Below, in pieces: positions 8,501 through 14,872 of a stretch of 14,872 nucleotides of DNA. Below the pieces are notes generated by a model. The model made no database searches. It was not told the DNA's origin and was given only the letters and a program-made list of their open reading frames with translations. Numbering within the stretch: the stretch's first letter is position 1; every line of letters begins with the position of its first letter. The position numbers and the translations under genes were made by a program. The DNA is from Elainellaceae cyanobacterium (lineage in GTDB: Bacteria > Cyanobacteriota > Cyanobacteriia > CAZCXK01), in assembly GCA_051117555.1 (NCBI GenBank), contig JBNPEG010000031.1, positions 1 through 14,872 of the forward strand, written 5' to 3'.

Positions 8501-11500
8501 CTTCAATCGACCATTCTCCTGAGTTTTCTAAAATCAGATATCCCGTTTGTGCGCCAGCATTCTCAATTAAAGTTTGCATCAGCGATTGCAGTAGTTGCTT
8601 CAGTTCAATTTCACGAGAAATCGCCTGTGAAGCTTTCATCACTGCTGCTAAATCGAAAGCAGTATGGAAGGGATTAGAGATAGTTTCAGCAGTAATAGGA
8701 ATTGATGCGGAAGCGGCTCTAGACGACTGAGAAAAGAACTGTGGATAGCGAGTTTCTAAGTCTTTGACTTTAGCGATCGCGCCCCAGCGATCGTAGCAAT
8801 AGTGCGCCTCTTTCATGTAGGTCTGAGCGATCTTTTCCCGGCCTCGCGCTAGATAATGTTTTGCCGCTAATTCATAAGCTAATGCTTCTTCCTGAATATA
8901 CTCATTTTCAGCAGCACCTGCGATCGCTCGTTCATAAAGTTCCTCAGCCTCAAAGAATTGCCCTGAGACTCGCGCTTTCTCTGCTTCGACTAAATAAAAT
9001 TTATGTAGATAATTCATTGGGGCATGTTCTGCCCATTTCTGCATTTTTTCTTGGTTGGTGTTAACACAACTTAGCCAAGCTTCTTCTTCAGAGTTTGAAG
9101 CATCGAGCGGTAGGCTCAAAAGCGCTAGAGAATGATAGAAACAGAATATAGGTAAAATCTTTATTGCTGTCACTTCTTCAAAATGTTTCCTTGCCAAAAT
9201 AGCAGTCTGTACAGCTTGATGATATTTTCCAAATAGATAACACAGTATAACTTTGTGCAGATATAGCATTTGAATTGCAGTTCCATCTTTAACTGCAAGG
9301 GCGTGTGGTAATGCCTGCTCTTCATTACACACCCGACCAACTAAGCGACTGGGATTCTCAGACCTATCTAACAAATTAAGAATGGTCTGCGACACTATTG
9401 CAATCCAAGTCGAGGGGCTTTCCCGTCTGATTTGATCAACCGCTTTGCTGTAGGTTGCTGTTTTTTGTTCCAGTTGGGTGAGTTCCTCACCGACGAAAAA
9501 CGAGTTATAGCACACGTCATATGCAGCATAACCAGCGGTTTCAAAGTCTCCGGTTTCCAATCCTTCCTGATAAGCCTCAACCAGCAGTGGTATCGTCTCC
9601 TTAAGATGTACTTTCCATTGCATAACGTGGTCACTAAATAACTGTAATGCTTTAGCCTTGCCTTTTTTAGTATTCAATCGTTCTGCCAAGCTAAGAGCCA
9701 ATTGACCAAATTTATAGCCGAGTTCAATGTCTTGAACAACTCCACATAGAACAAACCCGTAGCCAGCATAATACAGTGGTGACCAGATAGCATTACCGTA
9801 GTTGATTGATAAATTTACCGCTTTGCAAGCAATCAGTATCACCAGTGCTGGTGATACTATGAATGCAGCAGCCCCTATATTCGCTAGGATTGACATTGCT
9901 GCTAGCGGTTCTGGTGCAATCATCTCTGGTAAATTAACCAAGTCTTCAATTTTTTGTTCAGCTAATCGTGCAGCCGTTTCCTCCAATCCGCCTCGAACAT
10001 CTAACTCACTTGGATTTTCTGGTAAGATTACTCCCAGGAGCTTCAACACTTCCAAACCAATTTTGAGTGCTTCTTTCAGGTTGCCCTGTGACAAATATCT
10101 TTGAATGCTGTTATCGTAAACTTGCACTTTGTCAACCACTGTCTTAGCGCGATCGAGTACCACTTCTACTAATTGTTCCATCTCATCAAAGCAACCCTGG
10201 AGATACGCCGCTTCTGCTGCTTCTGAGTACAGCGCCAAGGTGAGGTCATACTCACTCTGCCAACTCTCTGAATTGAGGAGTTTAAGCCCTGTAGTGAAAT
10301 ACTTAAAAGCTGCTTCATAAGCCGTTGCTGCCTTTGCTTTCTGACCTGCTATTAAATTCAATCTGGCAATTTCAGTTCGTTCTGATCGAGCAGTGACTAG
10401 CTCAAGTCCTTGATTGAGATGATCGATGATTTCAAACAACCGATCGGATCGTTGCTCTGGTGAAGTTTTTTTGAGCAAATTGCCACCGATTTGGAGATGA
10501 ACCACTTGTTTGCACGACTCATCAATTAGGGCATAAGCCGCTTGCTGCACGCGATCGTGCAGAAACTTATACTCTTGAACTAACAAATCTTCGTTCAAGT
10601 CAGACAGAGGTTGAATTAATCCCGCTTGTATTGCTGCTAGTAGATCCTGGAAAATTGCTTTCGGTGATTTTTCACAAACGATTCCTTCGGAGTTGCGCTC
10701 TGCGCTAAACGCCAGCGTTTCTAAATCAAACTCAGACCCAACACAAGCAGCGATGGAGAGAATTTGCTGTGTTGCTTCCGGCAATTTCTGCAACTGACGT
10801 AGCAGCAACTCCACCACATTATCGGTGATATCTTGAGCTTCAATCTCAGCTAGGTTCCACTGCCACCCCCCTTTACTTCCCCCCTTACCAAGGGGAGGGG
10901 GGTCAAAGGTTAACAGGTTTTCGCTATGCAGCAGCTTCAAAAACTCACCAATAAAGAAAGGGTTGCCCTCGGTTTTACGCAACACGACTTGGGCTAAAGA
11001 ACGAACGGTATCAGAATTGTGATGTAATGTCTCAGCTATCAGTTGAGTCAACGGTTCCAGCGTTAAGGGGGTCAGGATGATTTCCTGAAGCGCTGCTCCC
11101 TGGTTTCGCATGCTCTCTAGTGTTAAGACCAACGGATGCGTTGGAGTCAGGTTGTTATCTCGGTAGGCTCCGATCAAAAACAGATACTGGATTTGCTCAT
11201 CAAGTAAGATGAGTTCGATTAACTTCAACGTCGCAGAATCGATCCACTGTAGATCGTCTAAGAAAATGACCAGGGGATGCTCTTTTGCACAAAACGCCCG
11301 CACAAACCTTTGAAACGTGAGATTGAAGCGATTCTGTGCCTCAGTTGCTCCAACTTCGGGTATAGGCGACTGCTTGCCAATGATTAACTCAACTTCGGGG
11401 ATGACATCAATGATGATTTGTCCGTTGCTGCCCAGAGCAGTGAGCAGGCGCGATCGCCACACTTCCACTTGCTCCTCCGGTTCGCTCAAGAGTTGCTGCA

Positions 11501-12761
11501 CTAACTTTTGCAAGGCATTCACAATGGCGCTGTAGGGAATGTTGCGTCCAAATTGGTCAAATTTGCCAGAGATAAAATAGCCTTGGTTTGCTGTGACCGG
11601 TTTATGGAGTTCCTGCACCAATGCCGTTTTGCCGATGCCAGCATAACCAGAGACCAGCATCATTTCGCTGCATGAAGGTGTGGGGTGTGGGGTGTGGGAT
11701 GTGGAGTGTTTCTCCTGATCCCCGATTTCCGATTCCCGACTCCCCGTCACTTTGTCAAACGCCATAAATAATGCTTCGATCTCCGCTTCTCGCCCATACA
11801 GTTTTTGAGGAATGTGGAACTGCTCAGAAACATCTTGCAGTCCCAATGGCATAGGTTCTATTTGACCCATTTCTGCCAGTTGTTGGGCACAGCGCTCTAG
11901 ATCTGCTTTGATGCCCCAAGCACTTTGATAGCGATCCTCCGCATTCTTTGCCATCAGTTTCATCACAATGTCGGAAACTGCTTTAGGAATTGTATGCCTG
12001 GTAGATGATGAACCATCCGTCCCCACACCCCACACCCCACACCCCACACCCTCAACCTCATGGGGAGGAGTCGGCGGTCTGGCAATGTGGCAGTGGACTA
12101 GCTCTAGGAGATCTTCTGTGGGAAACGGTAATTGTCCCGTCAACAGTTCGTAGAAGGTTACGCCCAGTGAATAAAAGTCGGTGCGATAGTCGAGCATCCG
12201 GTTCATTCGTCCGGTTTGCTCTGGCGACAAATAGGTGGGGGTTCCTTCTAGAAGATGGAGACTTTTGAATGTGGGGTTGGTGCGACTGAAGCGAGTGGCG
12301 TTGCCAAAATCAATGATTTTGACAACGCCAGTCTTCGGATTAAAGACAATGTTGCCAGGATTAATATCTTTATGAATGACATGAGCCGCATGAATTTTGC
12401 CTAGAGTATCAGTAATGGCGATCGCCATATTCAAAAAAACCGACAGCGGCATGGGACAGAAGTTTAATTGTTGCCGCATCCAGCATTCTAAAGACTCTCC
12501 ACCAAAGTCTTCCAAAAGAATAACCAGCGTGCGCTGGTAGTCTTGCTGGCTGTATGCCTTGACTACGCCTTCAATGTTGAGAAAGCGAGTGATTTCATAC
12601 TCCTGCCGATAGCGAGTTAAATCCTGAGGAGAGGGATAATCCTGCTTGAGAACTTTGGCAATCACTGCACAGTCATCTTGCTCTCTGATGCCTCGATACA
12701 CCAAAGAAGCTAAGCTCTCATAAATTTTGCTGTGGATAGTAATTCTAGGCAGGGTAATCAT
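5562..12761 (-). CDS. Hybrid Ser/Thr kinase - AAA ATPase - GAF - 5xPAS - HisKA_3/HATPase sensor histidine kinase
   Basis: Kinase motifs HKDINPGN, DFG, YLSPEQTGRMNR. Walker A GYAGIGKT and Walker B LVIFLDDLQW. A helical TPR-like region and GAF (CLPLLNQAKLVGVLYLEN). Five PAS/PAC units, each ending D.(T/S/D)..KQ.E. H-box EERNRMAREIHDTLAQ, QEALTNAIRHA, DNGQGF, GFGLLGMSERA. ATG 12761 is preferred over TTG 12818. Confidence 0.96.
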   Translation of the reverse strand: MITLPRITIHSKIYESLASLVYRGIREQDDCAVIAKVLKQDYPSPQDLTRYRQEYEITRFLNIEGVVKAYSQQDYQRTLVILLEDFGGESLECWMRQQLNFCPMPLSVFLNMAIAITDTLGKIHAAHVIHKDINPGNIVFNPKTGVVKIIDFGNATRFSRTNPTFKSLHLLEGTPTYLSPEQTGRMNRMLDYRTDFYSLGVTFYELLTGQLPFPTEDLLELVHCHIARPPTPPHEVEGVGCGVWGVGTDGSSSTRHTIPKAVSDIVMKLMAKNAEDRYQSAWGIKADLERCAQQLAEMGQIEPMPLGLQDVSEQFHIPQKLYGREAEIEALFMAFDKVTGSRESEIGDQEKHSTSHTPHPTPSCSEMMLVSGYAGIGKTALVQELHKPVTANQGYFISGKFDQFGRNIPYSAIVNALQKLVQQLLSEPEEQVEVWRSRLLTALGSNGQIIIDVIPEVELIIGKQSPIPEVGATEAQNRFNLTFQRFVRAFCAKEHPLVIFLDDLQWIDSATLKLIELILLDEQIQYLFLIGAYRDNNLTPTHPLVLTLESMRNQGAALQEIILTPLTLEPLTQLIAETLHHNSDTVRSLAQVVLRKTEGNPFFIGEFLKLLHSENLLTFDPPPLGKGGSKGGWQWNLAEIEAQDITDNVVELLLRQLQKLPEATQQILSIAACVGSEFDLETLAFSAERNSEGIVCEKSPKAIFQDLLAAIQAGLIQPLSDLNEDLLVQEYKFLHDRVQQAAYALIDESCKQVVHLQIGGNLLKKTSPEQRSDRLFEIIDHLNQGLELVTARSERTEIARLNLIAGQKAKAATAYEAAFKYFTTGLKLLNSESWQSEYDLTLALYSEAAEAAYLQGCFDEMEQLVEVVLDRAKTVVDKVQVYDNSIQRYLSQGNLKEALKIGLEVLKLLGVILPENPSELDVRGGLEETAARLAEQKIEDLVNLPEMIAPEPLAAMSILANIGAAAFIVSPALVILIACKAVNLSINYGNAIWSPLYYAGYGFVLCGVVQDIELGYKFGQLALSLAERLNTKKGKAKALQLFSDHVMQWKVHLKETIPLLVEAYQEGLETGDFETAGYAAYDVCYNSFFVGEELTQLEQKTATYSKAVDQIRRESPSTWIAIVSQTILNLLDRSENPSRLVGRVCNEEQALPHALAVKDGTAIQMLYLHKVILCYLFGKYHQAVQTAILARKHFEEVTAIKILPIFCFYHSLALLSLPLDASNSEEEAWLSCVNTNQEKMQKWAEHAPMNYLHKFYLVEAEKARVSGQFFEAEELYERAIAGAAENEYIQEEALAYELAAKHYLARGREKIAQTYMKEAHYCYDRWGAIAKVKDLETRYPQFFSQSSRAASASIPITAETISNPFHTAFDLAAVMKASQAISREIELKQLLQSLMQTLIENAGAQTGYLILENSGEWSIEAACELNAVENACATQVLQSIPIAGQLPESIIQYVIRTLKPVTLNDATREGAFINEPYIQQNQPQSVFCLPLLNQAKLVGVLYLENRLAAGVFTPERSQVLQLLSTQAAIAIENANLYSELQAKESKITQFLEAIPVGIGIVDATGRPYYTNQCSNQLTGQETDTSIAPEQISEAYQLYVAGTDKIYPAESLPIVRALKGECIRTEDIEIHRDHATILLEARGTPVFDQQGNITHAIATFQDITERKQAEKLLADYNYTLEQQVAERTAALRQSEANYRNLLKTANSIILRTDRQGRIQYMNDYGLSFFGYEEDQILGRTLLETIVPEIETSGRNLKPFVHDLFHKFEASLPQAYLQTENENLCRDGRRVWIAWSNQAIFNDQGDVVEILSVGSDTTQRKQVEEALQRSEAKFRTIFENSQVGIYRTRTCDGLILDANQRFADLFGFDSPQEIIGIEHTIGYWVNPSDRQQGIEVMKRDGEVRSYEAQMRKRYGTVFWGLFSSYLSADDDYIEGVLADISDRKQAEAALQISEERLRLALTASNQGLYDINIKTEEVVVSPGYPLMLGYDPATFHVTISRWIESLHPNDRESVLAAYHASLTGEVSSYQAEYRHRTQDGQWKWFFAVGNVVAWNEFGEPIRALGVVTDIDDRKQAEAALQVSESKLRNLIEAIPDPLFVFSAEGRFLEIMVLDPDLLWHPFEEMIGKTMHQLGREEADEFLGYIQQVLKTRQILTVEYGAFLNGREMWFSARIAPISHDQVIWLVRDITAQKQAEEASILEERNRMAREIHDTLAQSFTGILAQVGAVNQVLTDDVDAAQAHLGLIKELARTGLTEARRSVVALRPQLLEEGSLQSALHRLVAQIRTAAMDTTLHYEIEGAVYALPTEVESNLLRIGQEALTNAIRHANADEIRVGLVYNHDQVCLRVRDNGQGFGVGSIPASEGFGLLGMSERAERIGSQLKIRSQPGQGTEIIVVVGV
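10683..10709 (-). mobile_element. 27-bp SDR5-like element inserted in-frame in a HIP1-like site of the kinase
   Basis: Minus strand CTG GCG[TTTAGCGCAGAGCGCAACTCCGAAGGA]ATC GTT. Removing it restores GCGATCGT and the family-typical FDLETLAIVCEKS; the insert adds FSAERNSEG. Confidence 0.75.
10866..10902. repeat. CCCCCCTT-N3-AAGGGG palindromic dispersed repeat inside the kinase
   Basis: ccccccttaccaaggggagggggg hairpin with a flanking C-run, translated as PPPLGKGGSKGG between LLTFD and WQWN. Confidence 0.7.
11677..11747. repeat. Two adjacent STRR-like heptamer arrays (GGTGTGG-type and TCCCGA[CT]-type) just before Walker A
   Basis: ggtgtgg x3 plus degenerate units (11677-11709), and tcctgat ccccgat ttccgat tcccgac (11713-11747). 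Translated GSRESEIGDQEKHSTSHTPHPTP. Confidence 0.85.
12021..12051. repeat. STRR-like heptamer (CCCCACA)x4 in the Ser/Thr kinase domain
   Basis: Four exact units, translated GVGCGVWGVG. Confidence 0.9.
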
Positions 12762-12886
12762 TGAATGCTTCCCCGATGAAGGACTGTCATCCGTTTCCCA
12801 AAGTATATCGCTTGCCAAACTCCAGAATATAAAGCTCCTTGTGTAGGTCCTTATATCTTGACTTGTAATTGCTCAACTCAGTAGCC

Positions 12887-13064
12887 TTCGATCAAATTCG
12901 GATTCTAACTTAAGTTAGAGCTAGCCTTCTACTCCGCGATGGCATGGTTAATCTATCAATTTGCACCGTAAAGAATTTAACTTGCTATAGGCGACAGCTT
13001 GAAGGCGACCCCCTATATTGAACTTGTGCAAACAGTCATGCAAATGGATCGAGCAAGTAAATTG
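12887..13064 (+). repeat. Right copy of the ~180-bp inverted repeat (partner 4541-4721)
   Basis: Reverse complement of 4541-4721. Lies between the divergent kinase and azoR genes. Confidence 0.95.
12904..12919. promoter_or_regulatory. Second copy of the palindrome TCTAACTTAAGTTAGA
   Basis: Identical to 4689-4704. A -10-like TAATCT lies at 12949-12954. Confidence 0.6.
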
Positions 13065-13266
13065 CACGGTTCCATGCTTGAAGGCATGAATATTCAAGGT
13101 GCAACTGGATTAACGCACGCTCAAGCAGCAACGTTGAATTCACAAAAAAGCTCCTACGATGGCTCACGTGTAACGGTTAGCTTTACACACTGTTGGGTCA
13201 GCGCTAATCCGTTGGTTGCTCATTTGTCTCCGCTATATTTTTCACTCACAATCTGAGATTTATCCT

Positions 13267-13884
13267 ATGACCCACATTCTCCATTTAGATGCGAGTCCGC
13301 GTGGCGATCGCTCCATCTCCCGCATGCTCTCCAAAGAGTTCATTAACCAGTGGAAAACCACCCATCCCAACGACACCATCACTTACCGTGATATTGGGCA
13401 TTACCCTGTTCCTTTTGTGAGCGAAGACTGGATCGCGGCTGCATTTACTCCGTCCGATCAACATACACCTGAGTTGGCCGCTGCAATTCAAATTTCTGAC
13501 GAATTGATCGACGAGTTTTTATCCGCTGATCGCTACGTTTTCAGTGTCCCTGTGTATAACTTCAGCATTCCTGTTAACTTCAAAGCTTATCTTGACCAGA
13601 TTGTGCGTGCAGGTCATACCTTTTCTGTTGATGAAACAGGTTACAAGGGACTGGTTCACAACAAGAAAATGACGATCATTATGGCGCAGGGAGGAACCTA
13701 CCCCGAAGGTAGCCCGACCCATGCCTATGATTTACAAACACCTTATCTAAAACTCATTTTTGGGTTTATTGGGATAACGGATATTGAGTTTATCTATGCC
13801 GATAGCTTGAATATGGGGGATGAAGCCCGTGAGCTGGCGATCGCAAATGCTCAGTCTGCCTTAAAAGCTGCGATCGCACATTAG
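13267..13884 (+). CDS. azoR: FMN-dependent NADH-azoreductase (AzoR/AcpD, flavodoxin-2 fold)
   Basis: ILHLDASPRGDRSISR, SDELIDEFLSAD, PVYNFSIP..FKAYLDQIVRAG.TF, YLKLIFGFIGITD. ATG at 13267. Confidence 0.93.
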   Translation: MTHILHLDASPRGDRSISRMLSKEFINQWKTTHPNDTITYRDIGHYPVPFVSEDWIAAAFTPSDQHTPELAAAIQISDELIDEFLSADRYVFSVPVYNFSIPVNFKAYLDQIVRAGHTFSVDETGYKGLVHNKKMTIIMAQGGTYPEGSPTHAYDLQTPYLKLIFGFIGITDIEFIYADSLNMGDEARELAIANAQSALKAAIAH

Positions 13885-13930
13885 TACTCATCAAGTGCCT
13901 TGCAACCAAGTTTTTCTGAGGTCATCTCTC

Positions 13931-14150
13931 ATGCTAGAGCCCGGGGTAGTGGGTACAGAGGCAGAAACTCACCAGGTAACCGCCATTATTTCTCACCTCA
14001 TTCGAACTGGACGTGAGCAGGGATATGAGGAGTGGTTGCACGGGATTGCTTAGAACGTTGTTGGATTCAGGCGTAACAGTTGTCCTGCTGACCTACGTGA
14101 TTATGCCGCGCCTCACCCAACTCTTTCGCACATGGCTGTATCCCATTTGA
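13931..14150 (+). pseudogene. Antibiotic biosynthesis monooxygenase (ABM)-like membrane protein, internally deleted
   Basis: ATG 13931 gives MLEPG...VTAIISHLIRTGREQGYEEWLHGIA* (TAG 14051). A different frame gives the family C-terminus SGVTVVLLTYVIMPRLTQLFRTWLYPI* (TGA 14148-14150). The middle is absent. Confidence 0.8.
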
Positions 14151-14186
14151 CCAAGTACATATCTTGCACATTCACAGGAATCTTCC

Positions 14187-14462
14187 ATGTCTTGTCAACG
14201 CCTGAACGAACTGACGCTAGAGACTATGATTTCAAAAGCCAATTACCCGGTATTCCGCTGTGAAGAATGCCTTCGGGTTGGCGACCGCTGGGTTCACTTA
14301 AGAATTTGTCAAACCTGCGGCAAAATGCTGTGTTGCGACTCGTCTAAAAATCAACATGCTCGCCGTCACTATGAAGAAAGTGGACATACGGTGATTAGTT
14401 CAGCCGAATTGGGAGAACAATGGCTGTGGTGTTTTGCCGATGAACAACAGAAGACCTATTGA
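14187..14462 (+). CDS. UBP-type zinc finger domain protein
   Basis: CEECL..GDRWVHLRICQTCGKMLCCDSSKNQHARRH....GH.VI.S.E.GE.W.WC; 91 aa. Confidence 0.92.
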   Translation: MSCQRLNELTLETMISKANYPVFRCEECLRVGDRWVHLRICQTCGKMLCCDSSKNQHARRHYEESGHTVISSAELGEQWLWCFADEQQKTY

Positions 14463-14494
14463 TCACGCGCCCCTTTTCTACTCACGAGGAAACC

Positions 14495-14872
14495 ATGATG
14501 TCAAATCAGCCTGCCCTAACAGATACTTGGCCGAGTTTACCCCTGGACGCATGGCAGGATACCTATGCCACCTTGCACATGTGGACTCAAATCATCGGCA
14601 AAATCCGATTTTCTGGGGAAGTTTTGATTTAGCAGTGACTCGCTTTTCGGGGCGATCGGCTCCGGAGCATCCGGGAGGGGTGCCGAATCTACCGGATGTA
14701 GTGGCAAAGGAAGCCTACTCCCAGGAAGTTAGTAGCGCCGGATTCTGGCCCGGAGTCGGATTATCATACCCAGCGTTTTTTTCCTATGCGTACCCAGAAC
14801 CCGATGGGTTTAAGCAGGCTGAGGTTCGTCCCGATGCTGCATTTTACAATAAGGAACTGGGTGAATTTATTT
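14495..14872 (+). pseudogene. DUF5996-like protein, internally deleted and frameshifted (runs off the window end)
   Basis: GAGGA RBS and ATG 14495 give WPSLPLDAWQDTYATLHMWTQIIGKIR. From 14611 another frame gives FWGSFDLAVTRFSGRSAPEHPGGVPNLPD...EAYSQEVSSAGFWPG...AFFSYAYPEP. These two blocks are normally far apart. Confidence 0.82.

Larger units (their letters stand above)
550..13877. repeat. HIP1 octamer GCGATCGC, dispersed (at least 17 copies)
   Basis: Starts at 550, 1950, 2058, 2893, 3200, 4778, 5223, 7098, 8173, 8210, 8773, 8920, 11450, 12418, 13304, 13837 and 13870. This is a cyanobacterial hallmark. Confidence 0.95.

Noticed and set aside
5344..12051. CRISPR array
   Set aside because: The repeats are spacer-less 7-mers or dispersed elements; there is no repeat-spacer periodicity and no cas gene.
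5097..12268. Numerous short plus-strand and alternate-frame ORFs over the kinase and regulator
   Set aside because: Antisense or shadow frames of well-supported genes with no family motifs. The same applies to those over the lipoprotein, SDR, DsbA-like, PG-binding and azoR genes.
12939..12971. Mini-ORF MAWLIYQFAP* (MAWLIYQFAL* in the left copy)
   Set aside because: No RBS, it overlaps the putative -10, and its conservation follows trivially from the DNA repeat.
12980..13040. c-di-GMP-I riboswitch (GCAAAC and GAAA-like loop present)
   Set aside because: The motifs are not in the required order or pairing; no convincing match by eye.
4541..13064. Inverted repeats as the ends of a transposon or composite element
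   Set aside because: No transposase or recombinase lies between them, there is no target duplication outside (tctgctc vs cacggtt), and identity is highest at the inner rather than the outer ends.
13168..13188. NtcA box
   Set aside because: The GTA...TAC spacing is 11, not 8.
12999..13266. ORF 12999-13256 and the TTG extension of azoR from 13216; likewise ORF 4477-4698
   Set aside because: Non-ATG starts, no recognisable motifs, and they overlap the regulatory repeat. AzoR similarity begins at ATG 13267.

Overview
Cyanobacterial DNA: at least 17 HIP1 octamers (GCGATCGC) plus STRR-like heptamer repeats. The window is an accessory redox/stress-type gene cluster. Its centre is a ~2400-aa Ser/Thr kinase-AAA ATPase-GAF-5xPAS-HisKA_3 hybrid sensor kinase and an adjacent NarL/LuxR response regulator. 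The pair is bracketed by a ~180-bp non-coding inverted repeat (4541-4721 / 12887-13064). Each copy holds a perfect 16-bp palindrome and a predicted RNA fold with a compensatory base change, and points outward into a flanking gene run. Left arm (minus strand): peptidoglycan-binding protein, DsbA-like protein, small AraC, SDR oxidoreductase, AraC pseudogene, lipoprotein, SDR fragment and a DUF6220-like gene clipped by an ISAzo13-like element. Right arm (plus strand): AzoR, an internally deleted ABM-family pseudogene, a UBP-type zinc finger and an internally deleted DUF5996-like pseudogene. Two tiny elements have inserted into HIP1-like sites, and several repeats are translated in-frame inside the signalling proteins. 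Family calls come from motif recognition by eye, not database searches.
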